DNA of 64,000 bases from Candidatus Eiseniibacteriota bacterium (GTDB taxonomy: Bacteria > Eisenbacteria > RBG-16-71-46): NCBI GenBank assembly GCA_044223005.1, contig JBGAML010000003.1, positions 256,001-320,000 on the forward strand, given 5' to 3'. The stretch's first letter is position 1, and each line of letters starts with the position of its first letter. The translations under genes and the position numbers were made by a program. A model generated the notes under the pieces. That model made no database searches and was not told the DNA's origin. It was given only the letters and a program-made list of their open reading frames with translations. Below are positions 8,329 through 18,064 of the stretch, one piece after another.

Positions 8329-11300
8329 ATGCGTCTCGCCACGTTCCTGATCGTGCTGGCCCTCGCCGGAGCGGCACCCGCCGCGGCCCGGGCCAGCCGT
8401 GCGCCGTCGGATTCGCTCGCCTTCCGCCCGATCTCGCGGGTGGCGCGCTTCGTCGGATCGGCGAAGCGCGGACAGTGGACGGTGATGGACAGCCTCGCGC
8501 GCGCGGACTGGCAGGAACTCGTGCGCCGCGGGACGCGTGACTCGCTCGAGGTCGCTCGTGCCCTCGACGCCGTCGTCGAAGCCGGAGCCGCGGCGGGGCG
8601 CGCGCGCGACCCGCAGTTGCTGGCACTCGCCGACCGGGCCGTCGCGATCCACCAGCGGATGCCGGGGCCGGATTCGCTCCTCCTGTCGCGCTCGCTCCTC
8701 GCCCGCGGCGAGACGCGTCGCCGCCGCCGCGAGTTCGAGGAGGCGGAGAGCGACTTCGCCCGCAGCCTCGCGATCCGGGAACATGCGCTGCCCGCGGACG
8801 ACATCGAAGTCGGCGACGCGCTGCGGTTCTGGGCCCTGCTCGACGCGATCCGTGGGCGCAATCGTGCGGTGAGCGAGGCCCGCCGGGCACTCGCGATCGC
8901 GGAGAAGTACTTCGGCCCGGACGACATGCGCCTGGCGAGCTACCTCTCGGTGCTCGGAGGCGAGCTCAACAACGACGGTGACCGGCTCGCCGCCTACCAC
9001 GTGCTCCAGCGCTCGGCCACGATGGCGGAACGCATGCTCGGCCCGGATCACCCCGACACGGACCGCAGCCGCTACAACGTCGCCCTGCTCGCGATGCTGG
9101 TCGGCGACGTGGCCCACGCCCGCACGATGCTGGAGCGCAACGTCGAGTGGGAGTCGACCCACGCGCCGGTGGATTCGCTCCGGCTGCTCCTGTCGCTCGG
9201 TGCGCTCGTCGAGTGCCTCAACACATTCGGGGACCACGAGGAGGCGCTGCGGGTCGACCAGCGCGTTCGCGCGCTCGGTACCGTGTTGCTCCGCCCCGAC
9301 GATCCGCAACGCGCCGAGGAGCATGTCCAGCGCGGGAACGCGTTCCTCGGGCTCGGCCGCGGGCGAGAGGCGGTGGCCGAGTACGACAGCGCGTTCGTGG
9401 GGCAGATGTGGGACACGCTGGGCGCGACGCCGATCCTGTTCTCCCGCGCGGCGGCGTGGCGCGCGGCCGGCGACACGGCACGTGCGCTCGAGACGATCGA
9501 ACGCGCCTCCCGGCTCGCCGCGCGGGCCGGCGCGCGGGCACCCTCCTTCGACGAGCTGGGCCTCGTGTGGGGACAGGTGCTGGGCGATGCCGGGCGGTTC
9601 CCCGAAGCCCTGAAGGTGCTGGACCAGGCGGTGCAGGTGGCGGACAGCGTCGTCGGGCCGGAGTCCCCGATGCACGCCTCGCTGGTGCTCGAACGGGCGC
9701 GCGTGCGCGCCGCGGTCGGCGACCCGCGCGCGTGGGACGACGCGTGGGCGGGCGCCCGGTTGCGCGGCGAGCACCTGCGTGCGGCCGCGCGCGGCTTCCC
9801 CGAGCGCCAGGCGCTGCTCTACGCGCGTGACGCGGGGCTCGGGCTCGATCCGCTGCTGCAGCTCGCCGCCGCGGGCGGGCTCGACGCCGGCCGGCGCCGG
9901 CAGGTGTTCGAACGCGTCGTGGAATCACGCGCGCTCGTGCTCGACGAGATCGCGCGGCGCGAACAGCTCGCGCGGCGCGGCGGTGATCCCGGCGTCGCCG
10001 CGCGCGTCGATTCGCTCGTCGACGCCCGGGCCGAGCTGGCGCGGCAGCTCGTGCGCGCCGAGGCGGGCCGGACCGCGGATTCGTTGCGGCTCGAGGCGCG
10101 CCTGCGCGCCGAACGCTGCGAGCTCGCGCTCGGCGAAGCGGGCGGCGCCGGCCGCGACGGCGCGGGATCGCCGCTCGCACGGCTCGCCGCCGGCGAGGCG
10201 ATCGTCTCGTACGTCGAATACGCCGGGGCCGGCGGCCGTCGCGACGGCGACCGGCGGCTGCTCGCGATGGTGGCCCGCGCCGACGGGCGCGTGGACGTCG
10301 TGGCGCTCGGCGACGCGGCGGCGCTCGAACGCGGCGTCGCCGCGTGGCGCGCCGACGTCGCGGGAGGCGTGAGCGTCGCGGCCGAGCGGCGCGTGCGCAC
10401 GAGCGGCGCGGCGTTGCGCCGGCTCGCGTGGGATCCGCTCGCCCCGCTGCTCTCGGGCGTGGAGCGCGCGTGGATCGTGCCCGACGGTCCGCTCCAACTG
10501 GTCGACTTCGCGGCGCTGCCCGCGCGCGACGGGCGCTGGCTCGTGGAATCGGGCCCGCTGCTCGCGCGGCTGGGCGCCGAGCGCGACCTCGCCGCGCCCG
10601 CGGGCGCCGCGGAGACGGACGCCGCGGAGCTGCTCGCGATCGGCGGCCCGGACTTCGACCAGCGCGACGCCGCGACGCCGGTCTCGGCGACGCGCGGCCC
10701 GGCGGTCGCGTGCGTCCGCTTCCGCGAGGTGCGGTTCGGGGCGCTGCCCGGGGCGTCGGAGGAAGCGCACGACGTCGCGTCGCGCTGGACGGCGGCGGGC
10801 CGGCGCGCGCGCGTGCTCGAGGGCCGCGCGGCGGACGAAGCCGCGTTCAAGCGGTTCGCGCCGGAGTGCTCGGCGCTGCACGTGGCGACGCACGGCTTCT
10901 TCCTCGGCCCCGACTGCGACGGCGGCACCGCCGGGACGCGCGGCATCGGCGGGCTCGCGCCCGCACCCGCGGCGGCGCTCGCGCCGGTCGCGGCGGACGT
11001 GGCCGAGAACCCGCTGCGGCTCGCCGGGCTCGCGTTCTCGGGCGCCAACCATCGCGACGAAGCCGGTGGCGCCGACGACGGCGTGCTCACCGCCGAGGAG
11101 ATCGCGTCGCTCGATCTCGCGCGCGTGAGCGAAGTCGTGTTGTCGGCGTGCGAAAGCGGCGTGGGCGACGTCGCCGCGGGCGAGGGCGTCCTCGGCCTGC
11201 AGCGCGCGTTCCGCGTCGCGGGCGCGCGGGCGCTCGTCATGAGCCTGTGGCCGGTGGACGACCACGTCGCACGCGACTGGATGCGGCTCTACTGGGACGC

Positions 11301-11433
11301 GCGGCTGTCGCGCCACGTCACCGTCGCGGAGGCCGTCCGCGCCGCGTCGCGCGCCCGGCTCGCGGCGCTGCGAGCCGCGCACCGGCCCACGCCGCCCGCG
11401 GCCTGGGCGGGCTTCGTCTCGCAGGGCGACTGA
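8329..11433 (+). CDS. Secreted TPR-repeat CHAT-domain (caspase-like) protease
   Basis: Signal peptide, kinesin-light-chain-type TPRs (LGPDHPDT) and CHAT motifs IVPDGPLQLVDFAAL, LHVATHGFF (His), VVLSACESG (Cys), SLWPVDD and WAGF. Confidence 0.92.
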   Translation: MRLATFLIVLALAGAAPAAARASRAPSDSLAFRPISRVARFVGSAKRGQWTVMDSLARADWQELVRRGTRDSLEVARALDAVVEAGAAAGRARDPQLLALADRAVAIHQRMPGPDSLLLSRSLLARGETRRRRREFEEAESDFARSLAIREHALPADDIEVGDALRFWALLDAIRGRNRAVSEARRALAIAEKYFGPDDMRLASYLSVLGGELNNDGDRLAAYHVLQRSATMAERMLGPDHPDTDRSRYNVALLAMLVGDVAHARTMLERNVEWESTHAPVDSLRLLLSLGALVECLNTFGDHEEALRVDQRVRALGTVLLRPDDPQRAEEHVQRGNAFLGLGRGREAVAEYDSAFVGQMWDTLGATPILFSRAAAWRAAGDTARALETIERASRLAARAGARAPSFDELGLVWGQVLGDAGRFPEALKVLDQAVQVADSVVGPESPMHASLVLERARVRAAVGDPRAWDDAWAGARLRGEHLRAAARGFPERQALLYARDAGLGLDPLLQLAAAGGLDAGRRRQVFERVVESRALVLDEIARREQLARRGGDPGVAARVDSLVDARAELARQLVRAEAGRTADSLRLEARLRAERCELALGEAGGAGRDGAGSPLARLAAGEAIVSYVEYAGAGGRRDGDRRLLAMVARADGRVDVVALGDAAALERGVAAWRADVAGGVSVAAERRVRTSGAALRRLAWDPLAPLLSGVERAWIVPDGPLQLVDFAALPARDGRWLVESGPLLARLGAERDLAAPAGAAETDAAELLAIGGPDFDQRDAATPVSATRGPAVACVRFREVRFGALPGASEEAHDVASRWTAAGRRARVLEGRAADEAAFKRFAPECSALHVATHGFFLGPDCDGGTAGTRGIGGLAPAPAAALAPVAADVAENPLRLAGLAFSGANHRDEAGGADDGVLTAEEIASLDLARVSEVVLSACESGVGDVAAGEGVLGLQRAFRVAGARALVMSLWPVDDHVARDWMRLYWDARLSRHVTVAEAVRAASRARLAALRAAHRPTPPAAWAGFVSQGD

Positions 11434-11503
11434 CGCGGCGCGGGGCCGCCGCGCGGCTCCGCTGTGGTAGGCTTCCCGGCCGCATCGCACCCGAGGAGTC
11501 GCC

Positions 11504-12832
11504 ATGTTCGAGACGCTCACCGACCGCTTCCAGGGCATCATCCGCAACCTCAGCGGCCAGGCCCGGATCACGCCCGACAACATCCGCGACTCGATGCGCG
11601 AGGTGCGCCGGGCGCTGCTCGAGGCCGACGTGCCGGTCGGCGTCGCCAAGGAGTTCGTGGCGCGTGTCGAGACGCGCGCGGTGGGCGAGGAGGTGCTCAA
11701 GCACCTCAAGCCCGGCCAGCAGGTGGTCGGGATCGTGCGCGACGAACTGGTGCGGCTGCTCGGCGACCAGCCGGTGACGCTCGCGGGTTCGCCGCACCTG
11801 CCGACGGTCGTGCTGCTCGCGGGCCTGCAGGGCTCGGGCAAGACGACGTTCGCGGGCAAGCTCGCGAAGTGGCTCAAGGCTCGCGGCAAGCGCACGCTGC
11901 TCGCGAGCGCCGACGTCTACCGTCCCGCCGCGATCGACCAGCTCGAGCGCGTCGCGGCGCAGGCCGAGGCGGGCTTCTGGCGCGCGCCCGACGGCACGCC
12001 GCCGCGCGACATCGCGGCGCAGGCGCTGGAGGAGGCGCGCAAGCGCGGCTTCGACTTCTTCGTGCTCGACACCGCGGGCCGCCTGCACGTCGACGACGAG
12101 CTCATGAGCGAGCTCGCGACGCTCAAGACCACGGCGCGCGCACACCAGGTGCTGCTCGTGGTCGACGGCATGATCGGGCAGGAGTCCGTGCGCGTCGGCC
12201 AGGCGTTCGCCGAGCGCGTGGGTGTGGACGGGCTCGTGCTCACCAAGATGGACGGCGACGCGCGCGGCGGCGCCGCGCTCAGCCTGCGCGAGGTGACGGG
12301 CAAGCCGATCCTGTTCCTCGGCGTCGGCGAGAAACTGGAAGGCCTCGAGGTGTTCGACGCCGGCCGGCTCGCCGGCCGCATCCTCGGCATGGGCGACGTG
12401 ATCGGCCTCGTCGAGAAGGCGCAGGCCGCCGTCTCCGAGGGCGAGGCACTGCGCATGGCGGAGCGCATGCGCAAGTCCGAGTTCACGCTCGAGGACTTCC
12501 TCGAGCAGCTGCGCTCGGTGCGCAAGCTCGGCCCTCTCGAGGACGTGATCAAGATGCTGCCCGGCGTGCCGCGCGACGCGGCCGAGAAGCTCGGGCCGCA
12601 GAAGGACATGATGAAGCGCTACGAGGCGATCCTGCTCTCGATGACGCTCAAGGAGCGGCGCAACGCCCGCGTGATCGACGGCAGTCGCCGCCGCCGGATC
12701 GCCGCGGGCAGCGGCACCACGGTCACCGACGTGAACCGCCTGCTCAAGGACTTCGAGCAGGCGCGCGTGATGATGAAGGCCCTGAAGAAGGGCCCGCGGG
12801 GACTCGCCGGCCTGCGCGGCCGGATGCGCTGA
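11504..12832 (+). CDS. ffh: Signal recognition particle protein Ffh
   Basis: GLQGSGKTT, DTAGR, TKMDGDARGG and M-domain SRRRRIAAGSG. Confidence 0.98.
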   Translation: MFETLTDRFQGIIRNLSGQARITPDNIRDSMREVRRALLEADVPVGVAKEFVARVETRAVGEEVLKHLKPGQQVVGIVRDELVRLLGDQPVTLAGSPHLPTVVLLAGLQGSGKTTFAGKLAKWLKARGKRTLLASADVYRPAAIDQLERVAAQAEAGFWRAPDGTPPRDIAAQALEEARKRGFDFFVLDTAGRLHVDDELMSELATLKTTARAHQVLLVVDGMIGQESVRVGQAFAERVGVDGLVLTKMDGDARGGAALSLREVTGKPILFLGVGEKLEGLEVFDAGRLAGRILGMGDVIGLVEKAQAAVSEGEALRMAERMRKSEFTLEDFLEQLRSVRKLGPLEDVIKMLPGVPRDAAEKLGPQKDMMKRYEAILLSMTLKERRNARVIDGSRRRRIAAGSGTTVTDVNRLLKDFEQARVMMKALKKGPRGLAGLRGRMR

Positions 12833-12911
12833 GGGCGAGGTGGCTGGTGGCGCACCCTGAAAAGCGCTCGAATTCGCGACTTTTCGCTCCTCGTGACCCA
12901 CGGACCCGCGT

Positions 12912-12940
12912 TTGCAAAACCCCCCAGTAACATGCACAAT
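12912..12940 (+). promoter_or_regulatory. Candidate sigma-70 promoter for rpsP
   Basis: TTGCAA-17 nt-CACAAT in an AT-richer intergenic stretch. Confidence 0.4.
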
Positions 12941-13080
12941 GCCGGGCCTTTGCGGGGACCGCGGGCGCGCTCCCCGGTGTGATGCGCGCCACGTCGATCG
13001 CGAGTCCGCCGAAGTCACGAACTGATCACGTCTGGACGGGCCCCGAGGCCCGGTTTCACCTCACCCGGAGGCAGTACAGC

Positions 13081-13488
13081 ATGGCGGTCGTCATTCGCAT
13101 GATGCGGGCCGGCGCGAAGAAGCGGCCCTTCTACCGTGTCGTGGTCGCCGATTCGCGGCGCCAGCGCGATGGTCGTTTCGTCGAGATCCTCGGCTACTAC
13201 GACCCGATCGCGAAGCCCTTCAACTTCAAGATCGACGAAGAGAAGGTCAAGGGCTGGATCGCGCAGGGGGCCACGCCGTCGGAGCAGGTCGCATCGCTGC
13301 TCCGCCGCAACGGCATCTACGCGTCGCGTCCGAGCAAGCCGCAGGCGAAGAAGGCCGCGGCCCCCGCGCGCAAGAAGCCGGTCAAGCCTTCGAAGCCCAA
13401 GAAGGAAACCGACCGCAAGGCCAAGAACAAGGCCGCGCGCGTGAAGAAGAAGGCCAACCCCAAGAAGCCGCAGCCCAAGAAGAAGTAG
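13081..13488 (+). CDS. rpsP: 30S ribosomal protein S16 with Lys/Pro-rich C-terminal tail
   Basis: [48 protein letters not shown] upstream. Confidence 0.97.
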   Translation: MAVVIRMMRAGAKKRPFYRVVVADSRRQRDGRFVEILGYYDPIAKPFNFKIDEEKVKGWIAQGATPSEQVASLLRRNGIYASRPSKPQAKKAAAPARKKPVKPSKPKKETDRKAKNKAARVKKKANPKKPQPKKK

Positions 13489-13685
13489 TCCGCCGCGGCG
13501 CTCCGCGCCGCGCGAGCGATCGACGCCCCGGTTCCCACGTGGAGCCGGGGCGATTGCTTGGGCGTGCGCGATCGCTCGTGCGGGGCCCCGCGCGGAGCGG
13601 CGTGACGGAGCCGCGCCCGGCCTGCGCAGGCGCGAGAGCGCGGGCTCGCTTGCCCGCGCGGCGTGCGCCCCGGCATAGTGGGCGC

Positions 13686-14081
13686 ATGCGTTGGTTCTCT
13701 CTCAGGCTCCCGCTCGCGGGCGGCGCTCGCGGGCTGCTCGCACTGCCGCTGCTGGCTCTCGCGCTGCTCGCCGGCTGCTCGCGTCCGCAGGCGGCGTCGA
13801 CGCCCGCCGCGCGGCCCGACTCGGTGGCCCTGCAGGCGCGCTCGCAGGCGTTGATCGATTCGGGCAACGCCAGCTTCAAGGCGAAGGACTTCGACGCCGC
13901 CGCGCGCCGCTACGCGAGCGCCGTCGCGATCAAGTCCGACGACCCGGCCGCCTACTACGGCCTCGGCATGGCGCTCTCGCGCCTCGGCCGCGACGAGGAA
14001 GCCCGCGCCGCCTACGCCAAGGCCCGCACGCTGCTCGGCCGCGGCGGCGACACGCTGGGGATGAGCACGCACCAGCGCTGA
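13686..14081 (+). CDS. TPR-repeat lipoprotein
   Basis: Lipobox LLAG-C; TPR motif (AYYGLGMALSRLGRDEEARAAY). Confidence 0.8.
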   Translation: MRWFSLRLPLAGGARGLLALPLLALALLAGCSRPQAASTPAARPDSVALQARSQALIDSGNASFKAKDFDAAARRYASAVAIKSDDPAAYYGLGMALSRLGRDEEARAAYAKARTLLGRGGDTLGMSTHQR

Positions 14082-14311
14082 TCCGCGCGAGCGCCGGCGC
14101 CGCGCTCCCGACCCGCCACGCGCGCACGCCGACGCCGCGTTCCCGGCCCGACGCGCCGAGAGCGCCGTGACGCGGGCGGCCCATCGCGCGCCCGCGGTTC
14201 CCGGCCGCGGCGGTCCCGCTTGCGGCAAACAGCGCTTTCTTGTTTGCTCTCGCGGTCCGTCGCACGTACGCGTGGCGCGCGCCGCGCCGACCCGAACCCC
14301 GGCTGGAACCC

Positions 14312-15592
14312 ATGCTCGACCTCAAGTTCCTGCGCACCCATCGCGACAAAGTCGAAGCCGGCATCGCCCTCAAGGGCATGACCGTCGACCTGTCGCGCTT
14401 CTACCAGATCGAAGAGCGCCGGCTCGCGCTGCTGCACGAGACCGAGCAGCTCAAGGCGCGGCGCAACTCGGCCAGCGAAGAGATCGCCACGCTCAAGAAG
14501 ACCGGGAAGGACGCCTCCGGTCCCATCGCCGAGATGCGCACGCTCGGCGATCGCGTGAAGGAACTCGACGAGCAGCTGCGCCAGCTCGAGGAGGAGAGCA
14601 CCAACCTCGCCGCGTGGATCCCGAACCTGCCGCATGCCAGCGTGCCGCCCGGCCAGGACGCCACGCAGAACCAGCTCGTGCGGCAGGTCGGCGAGCCGCC
14701 CAAGTTCGACTTCGAGCCCAAGCCGCACTGGGAGCTCGCCACGAACCTCGGCCTGCTCGACTTCGAGCGCGCCACCAAGATCGCCGGCTCCGGGTTCCTG
14801 CTGTTCACCGGGCGAGGGGCGCGGCTCGAGCGGGCGCTGATCAGCTTCATGCTCGACATGCACACCACGAAGCACGGCTACACCGAGTACTCGCCGCCGC
14901 ACGTCATCCGGCGCGCCGCGCTGCACGGCACCGGCCAGCTGCCCAAGCTCGAAGGCGACATGTATCACATCGGTGAGGACGACCTGTTCCTCAACCCGAC
15001 CGCCGAGGTGCCCGTCACGAACATCTGGCGCGAGGAGATCCTCGAACCCGGCAAGCTGCCGCACTACGCGACCGCGTACTGCGCGTCGTACCGGCGCGAG
15101 GCCGGTGCCGCCGGGCGCGACACGCGTGGCATGGTGCGCGTGCACCAGTTCGACAAGGTCGAGCTCGTCAAGATCGTGCCCGCGGAGACCAGCTACGACG
15201 AGCATGAAAAGCTCGCGCGCGACGTCGCCGACGTGTTCGAGGCGCTGGAACTGCCGTATCGCGTCGTGCTGCTCTGCAGCGGCGACATGAGTTTCGCCGC
15301 CGCCAAGTGCTACGACTTCGAAGTCTGGTCGCCGGGCACGCAGGGCTGGCTCGAGTGCTCGTCGTGCTCGAACTTCGAGGACTTCCAGGCGCGCCGCATG
15401 GGGCTCCGCTATCGCCGCGAAGCCGGGGCGAAGACCGAGTTCCCGCACACGCTGAACGCGTCGGGCGTCGCGCTGCCGCGCACGTTCGCGACGCTGCTCG
15501 AGAACCACCAGACGGCTTCGGGTTCGGTGCGCATCCCGAAGGCGCTGCAACCCTACCTCGGCGGCCTGCAGGAACTGACGCCCGAGGGCTGA
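14312..15592 (+). CDS. serS: Serine--tRNA ligase
   Basis: MLDLKFLR start, PTAEVP, YRREAG, RVHQFDKVE, ECSSCSN and HTLNASG motifs. Confidence 0.98.
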   Translation: MLDLKFLRTHRDKVEAGIALKGMTVDLSRFYQIEERRLALLHETEQLKARRNSASEEIATLKKTGKDASGPIAEMRTLGDRVKELDEQLRQLEEESTNLAAWIPNLPHASVPPGQDATQNQLVRQVGEPPKFDFEPKPHWELATNLGLLDFERATKIAGSGFLLFTGRGARLERALISFMLDMHTTKHGYTEYSPPHVIRRAALHGTGQLPKLEGDMYHIGEDDLFLNPTAEVPVTNIWREEILEPGKLPHYATAYCASYRREAGAAGRDTRGMVRVHQFDKVELVKIVPAETSYDEHEKLARDVADVFEALELPYRVVLLCSGDMSFAAAKCYDFEVWSPGTQGWLECSSCSNFEDFQARRMGLRYRREAGAKTEFPHTLNASGVALPRTFATLLENHQTASGSVRIPKALQPYLGGLQELTPEG

Positions 15593-15641
15593 GCGGGAGC
15601 GGGCCGGCCCCACGGTCGGCCCGCCGCACCCAGGAGAGCCG

Positions 15642-16931
15642 ATGGAAGAACCGGCACGGCCGCGCCTGTGGGGCAAGCAGCTGCTCAAGACCGGCCTGTT
15701 CGCCGGGGGCAGCCTGCTCGTGGCCGCCGTGTTCCTCTTCACCTGGCAGACCGCCGGGCAGCTGTCCAAGGAGGTCATGACGACCTCGCAGCTGCTCGCG
15801 GAGTTCAGCGCGCAGGCGTCCGTGCTCGCGACGCGGGATCCCGCGCTGCACGAGATCTTCGCCCGGCTGATCGACCACGTCGATTTCCCGATCGTGATCA
15901 CGGACAACACCGGCCTGCCGCGCGCGTGGCACGCGGTCACCGCGCCCGGCGACACCGTCTCGATCGAGACGCTCGACAGTCTCGCCATGAATCGTCCCGT
16001 GGCGCCCGTCATGGCGGCGCGCGTCGAGCGGCTCAAGGCGCGCATCGCCGAACTCGACCGGCGGCACCGGCCGATCCCGGTGAACCTGCCGGGCACCGTG
16101 ATTCCCATGGGCCACCTGCACTACGGCGACCCGCCGACGATCGCGCGGCTGCGCTGGATGCCCTACGCGACGCTCGGTGGAACCGGACTGCTGCTCCTGC
16201 TCGGGCTCTCCGGCCTCGCCGGCATCCGGCAGGCGGAAAAGCGCACGATCTGGGTCGGTATGGCCAAGGAAACCGCACACCAGCTCGGCACGCCGCTCTC
16301 GAGCCTGCTCGGCTGGATCGAGTTGCTGCGAGCGCACGTCGAATCGGCGCCGCCCGGCGGGCAGGTGCAGATCGCGACGGCCGAGCTCGCCGAGACGCTG
16401 GACGACATGGAGCGCGACGTCGAGCGCCTGAACAAGGTCGCGCAGCGGTTCAGCCAGATCGGCTCGACGCCGCAGCTGCAGCTGCAGGACGTCACGCCCG
16501 TCGTGCGCGAGGCCGTGCAGTACGTGCGGCGGCGGCTGCCGCAGCGCCAGGGCGACGTCGAGATCCGCGAGCGCTACGAGGAGGTGCCGCCTATCAACCT
16601 CAATCGCGAGCTGATCGAGTGGGCGGTCGAGAACCTGCTCACGAACGCGGTCACCGCGATGGACAAGAAGCCGGGCGTGATCGAGGTCTCGGTCGAACGC
16701 CGCGCCGAGACCGAGGAAGTGGAGATCGCCGTCACGGACAACGGGCGCGGCATGTCGCGCGACGAGCAGCGCCGGGCGTTCGAGCCGGGCTACTCGACCA
16801 AGCGCCGCGGCTGGGGACTCGGGCTCGCGCTCGCGCGGCGCGTGATCGAGGAGTACCACGCGGGCCGCATCGGCATCCGCGAGAGCGCGCCGGGGCAGGG
16901 CACCACGATGGTGATCCGCTTCCCCACGTAG
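15642..16931 (+). CDS. Membrane sensor histidine kinase
   Basis: Two TM helices, H-box WVGMAKETAHQLGTPLS, N-box ENLLTNA and G-boxes DNGRG / GWGLGL. Confidence 0.93.
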   Translation: MEEPARPRLWGKQLLKTGLFAGGSLLVAAVFLFTWQTAGQLSKEVMTTSQLLAEFSAQASVLATRDPALHEIFARLIDHVDFPIVITDNTGLPRAWHAVTAPGDTVSIETLDSLAMNRPVAPVMAARVERLKARIAELDRRHRPIPVNLPGTVIPMGHLHYGDPPTIARLRWMPYATLGGTGLLLLLGLSGLAGIRQAEKRTIWVGMAKETAHQLGTPLSSLLGWIELLRAHVESAPPGGQVQIATAELAETLDDMERDVERLNKVAQRFSQIGSTPQLQLQDVTPVVREAVQYVRRRLPQRQGDVEIRERYEEVPPINLNRELIEWAVENLLTNAVTAMDKKPGVIEVSVERRAETEEVEIAVTDNGRGMSRDEQRRAFEPGYSTKRRGWGLGLALARRVIEEYHAGRIGIRESAPGQGTTMVIRFPT

Positions 16932-16948
16932 GAGCGGCGCGCTTCACG

Positions 16949-17002
16949 ACGCGCGAGGCGGCCCCGGGGTCCCCGCCGGGGCCGCCCGGCCGCCTCGCGC
17001 GT
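16949..17002. terminator. GC-rich inverted repeat between convergent genes (probable bidirectional terminator)
   Basis: ACGCGCGAGGCGGCC ... GGCCGCCTCGCGCGT, 15-bp arms. Confidence 0.6.
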
Positions 17003-17017
17003 TTCGCGGCCGGAGCG

Positions 17018-17890
17018 CTACTCGGACAACTCGAGCGTCACGCCCCCGTCGCCGGTGCGGACGCGCAGCGGCACCGTGCCGCCGTTGAGCGTGCCGCGCA
17101 CCGCGTGCTCCGAGAACGAATCCTTGCCCGCGATCGGCAGGTCCACGCGCACGCGGCCGTCGCGCGTGGCGACGTCGAGCAGGGCCTTCAGGTCGCGCGG
17201 GATCCGCAGCGTGACGCGGCCGTCGCCCGATTCGATCCGCCATTCGTCGGCGAGGCGCGAGCCGGGACGCGCGTCCACCGTCATGTGGCCGTCGCCCGTG
17301 CGCGCGTCGACCCGGTCGAACCGCCCCGAGAGATCCATGCCGCCGTCGCCCGTGTGCGCCGTGACCACGCCGTCGAGGCCCTCGGCGTCGATGCCGCCGT
17401 CGCCGGTCCAGAGGCGGATGCGCCCGCGGCCGCCCTTCAGCGTCACGCGGCCATCACCCGTCTCGAGGTCCACGCTGCCGTTCAGCGCGTCCGACTCGAC
17501 CGCGCCGTCGCCGCTGCGCACGCGCAGGTCGCAGTCCGGCGGCACCGTGACGTCGATGTGGAACGTCTCGCTGACGCCGCCGAAGAACACCACCGTCGTG
17601 CGCGAGCCCACGTTCGCGACGACGTCGATCGAATCGCCCTGCCGGGTCATCTCGACCGTCGGGCCGTGCAGCGTGCTGTGCAGGCCCCACACCTTGACGA
17701 GGTACTCGACCTGGGCCGTGACGCGGCCCGCGCCGCCGCGATGCACGCGCACGTGCCCGTCGTCGGTGCGGACGTGGATCGTGGGATGCGCACCCACGGT
17801 CCAGTCCTGCGACCAGGTGCGGGCGTGGGCGGGGGCGACGGCCAGCGTCGCGGCGAGCAGGGGAACGGCGAGGACGGCGGACCAGCGCAT
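17018..17890 (-). CDS. Secreted DUF4097-family beta-strand repeat protein
   Basis: Signal peptide (AHA) and repeated xTGDGxVx motifs; GGAGG RBS. Confidence 0.85.
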   Translation of the reverse strand: MRWSAVLAVPLLAATLAVAPAHARTWSQDWTVGAHPTIHVRTDDGHVRVHRGGAGRVTAQVEYLVKVWGLHSTLHGPTVEMTRQGDSIDVVANVGSRTTVVFFGGVSETFHIDVTVPPDCDLRVRSGDGAVESDALNGSVDLETGDGRVTLKGGRGRIRLWTGDGGIDAEGLDGVVTAHTGDGGMDLSGRFDRVDARTGDGHMTVDARPGSRLADEWRIESGDGRVTLRIPRDLKALLDVATRDGRVRVDLPIAGKDSFSEHAVRGTLNGGTVPLRVRTGDGGVTLELSE

Positions 17891-18064
17891 GACGGACCTC
17901 CGGTGGGAGTGGATCGCTCGTCCGACCATACGGCGGGGCCGGGGGCCGGGTTGCCCGGCAACCGGCCCGCCGGCGCCGCGACCGCCGGACGGTCCGGCTG
18001 CCGGGATGAACGGTCGTGCCCCCACCGGAGGAGCGCCGGCGGGGGCACGGGGCGGCCGTGGCGG

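Noticed and set aside
8329..11433. CHAT protease as a CRISPR-associated (Craspase-type) effector
   Set aside because: It has a signal peptide, and there are no cas genes or arrays in the window.
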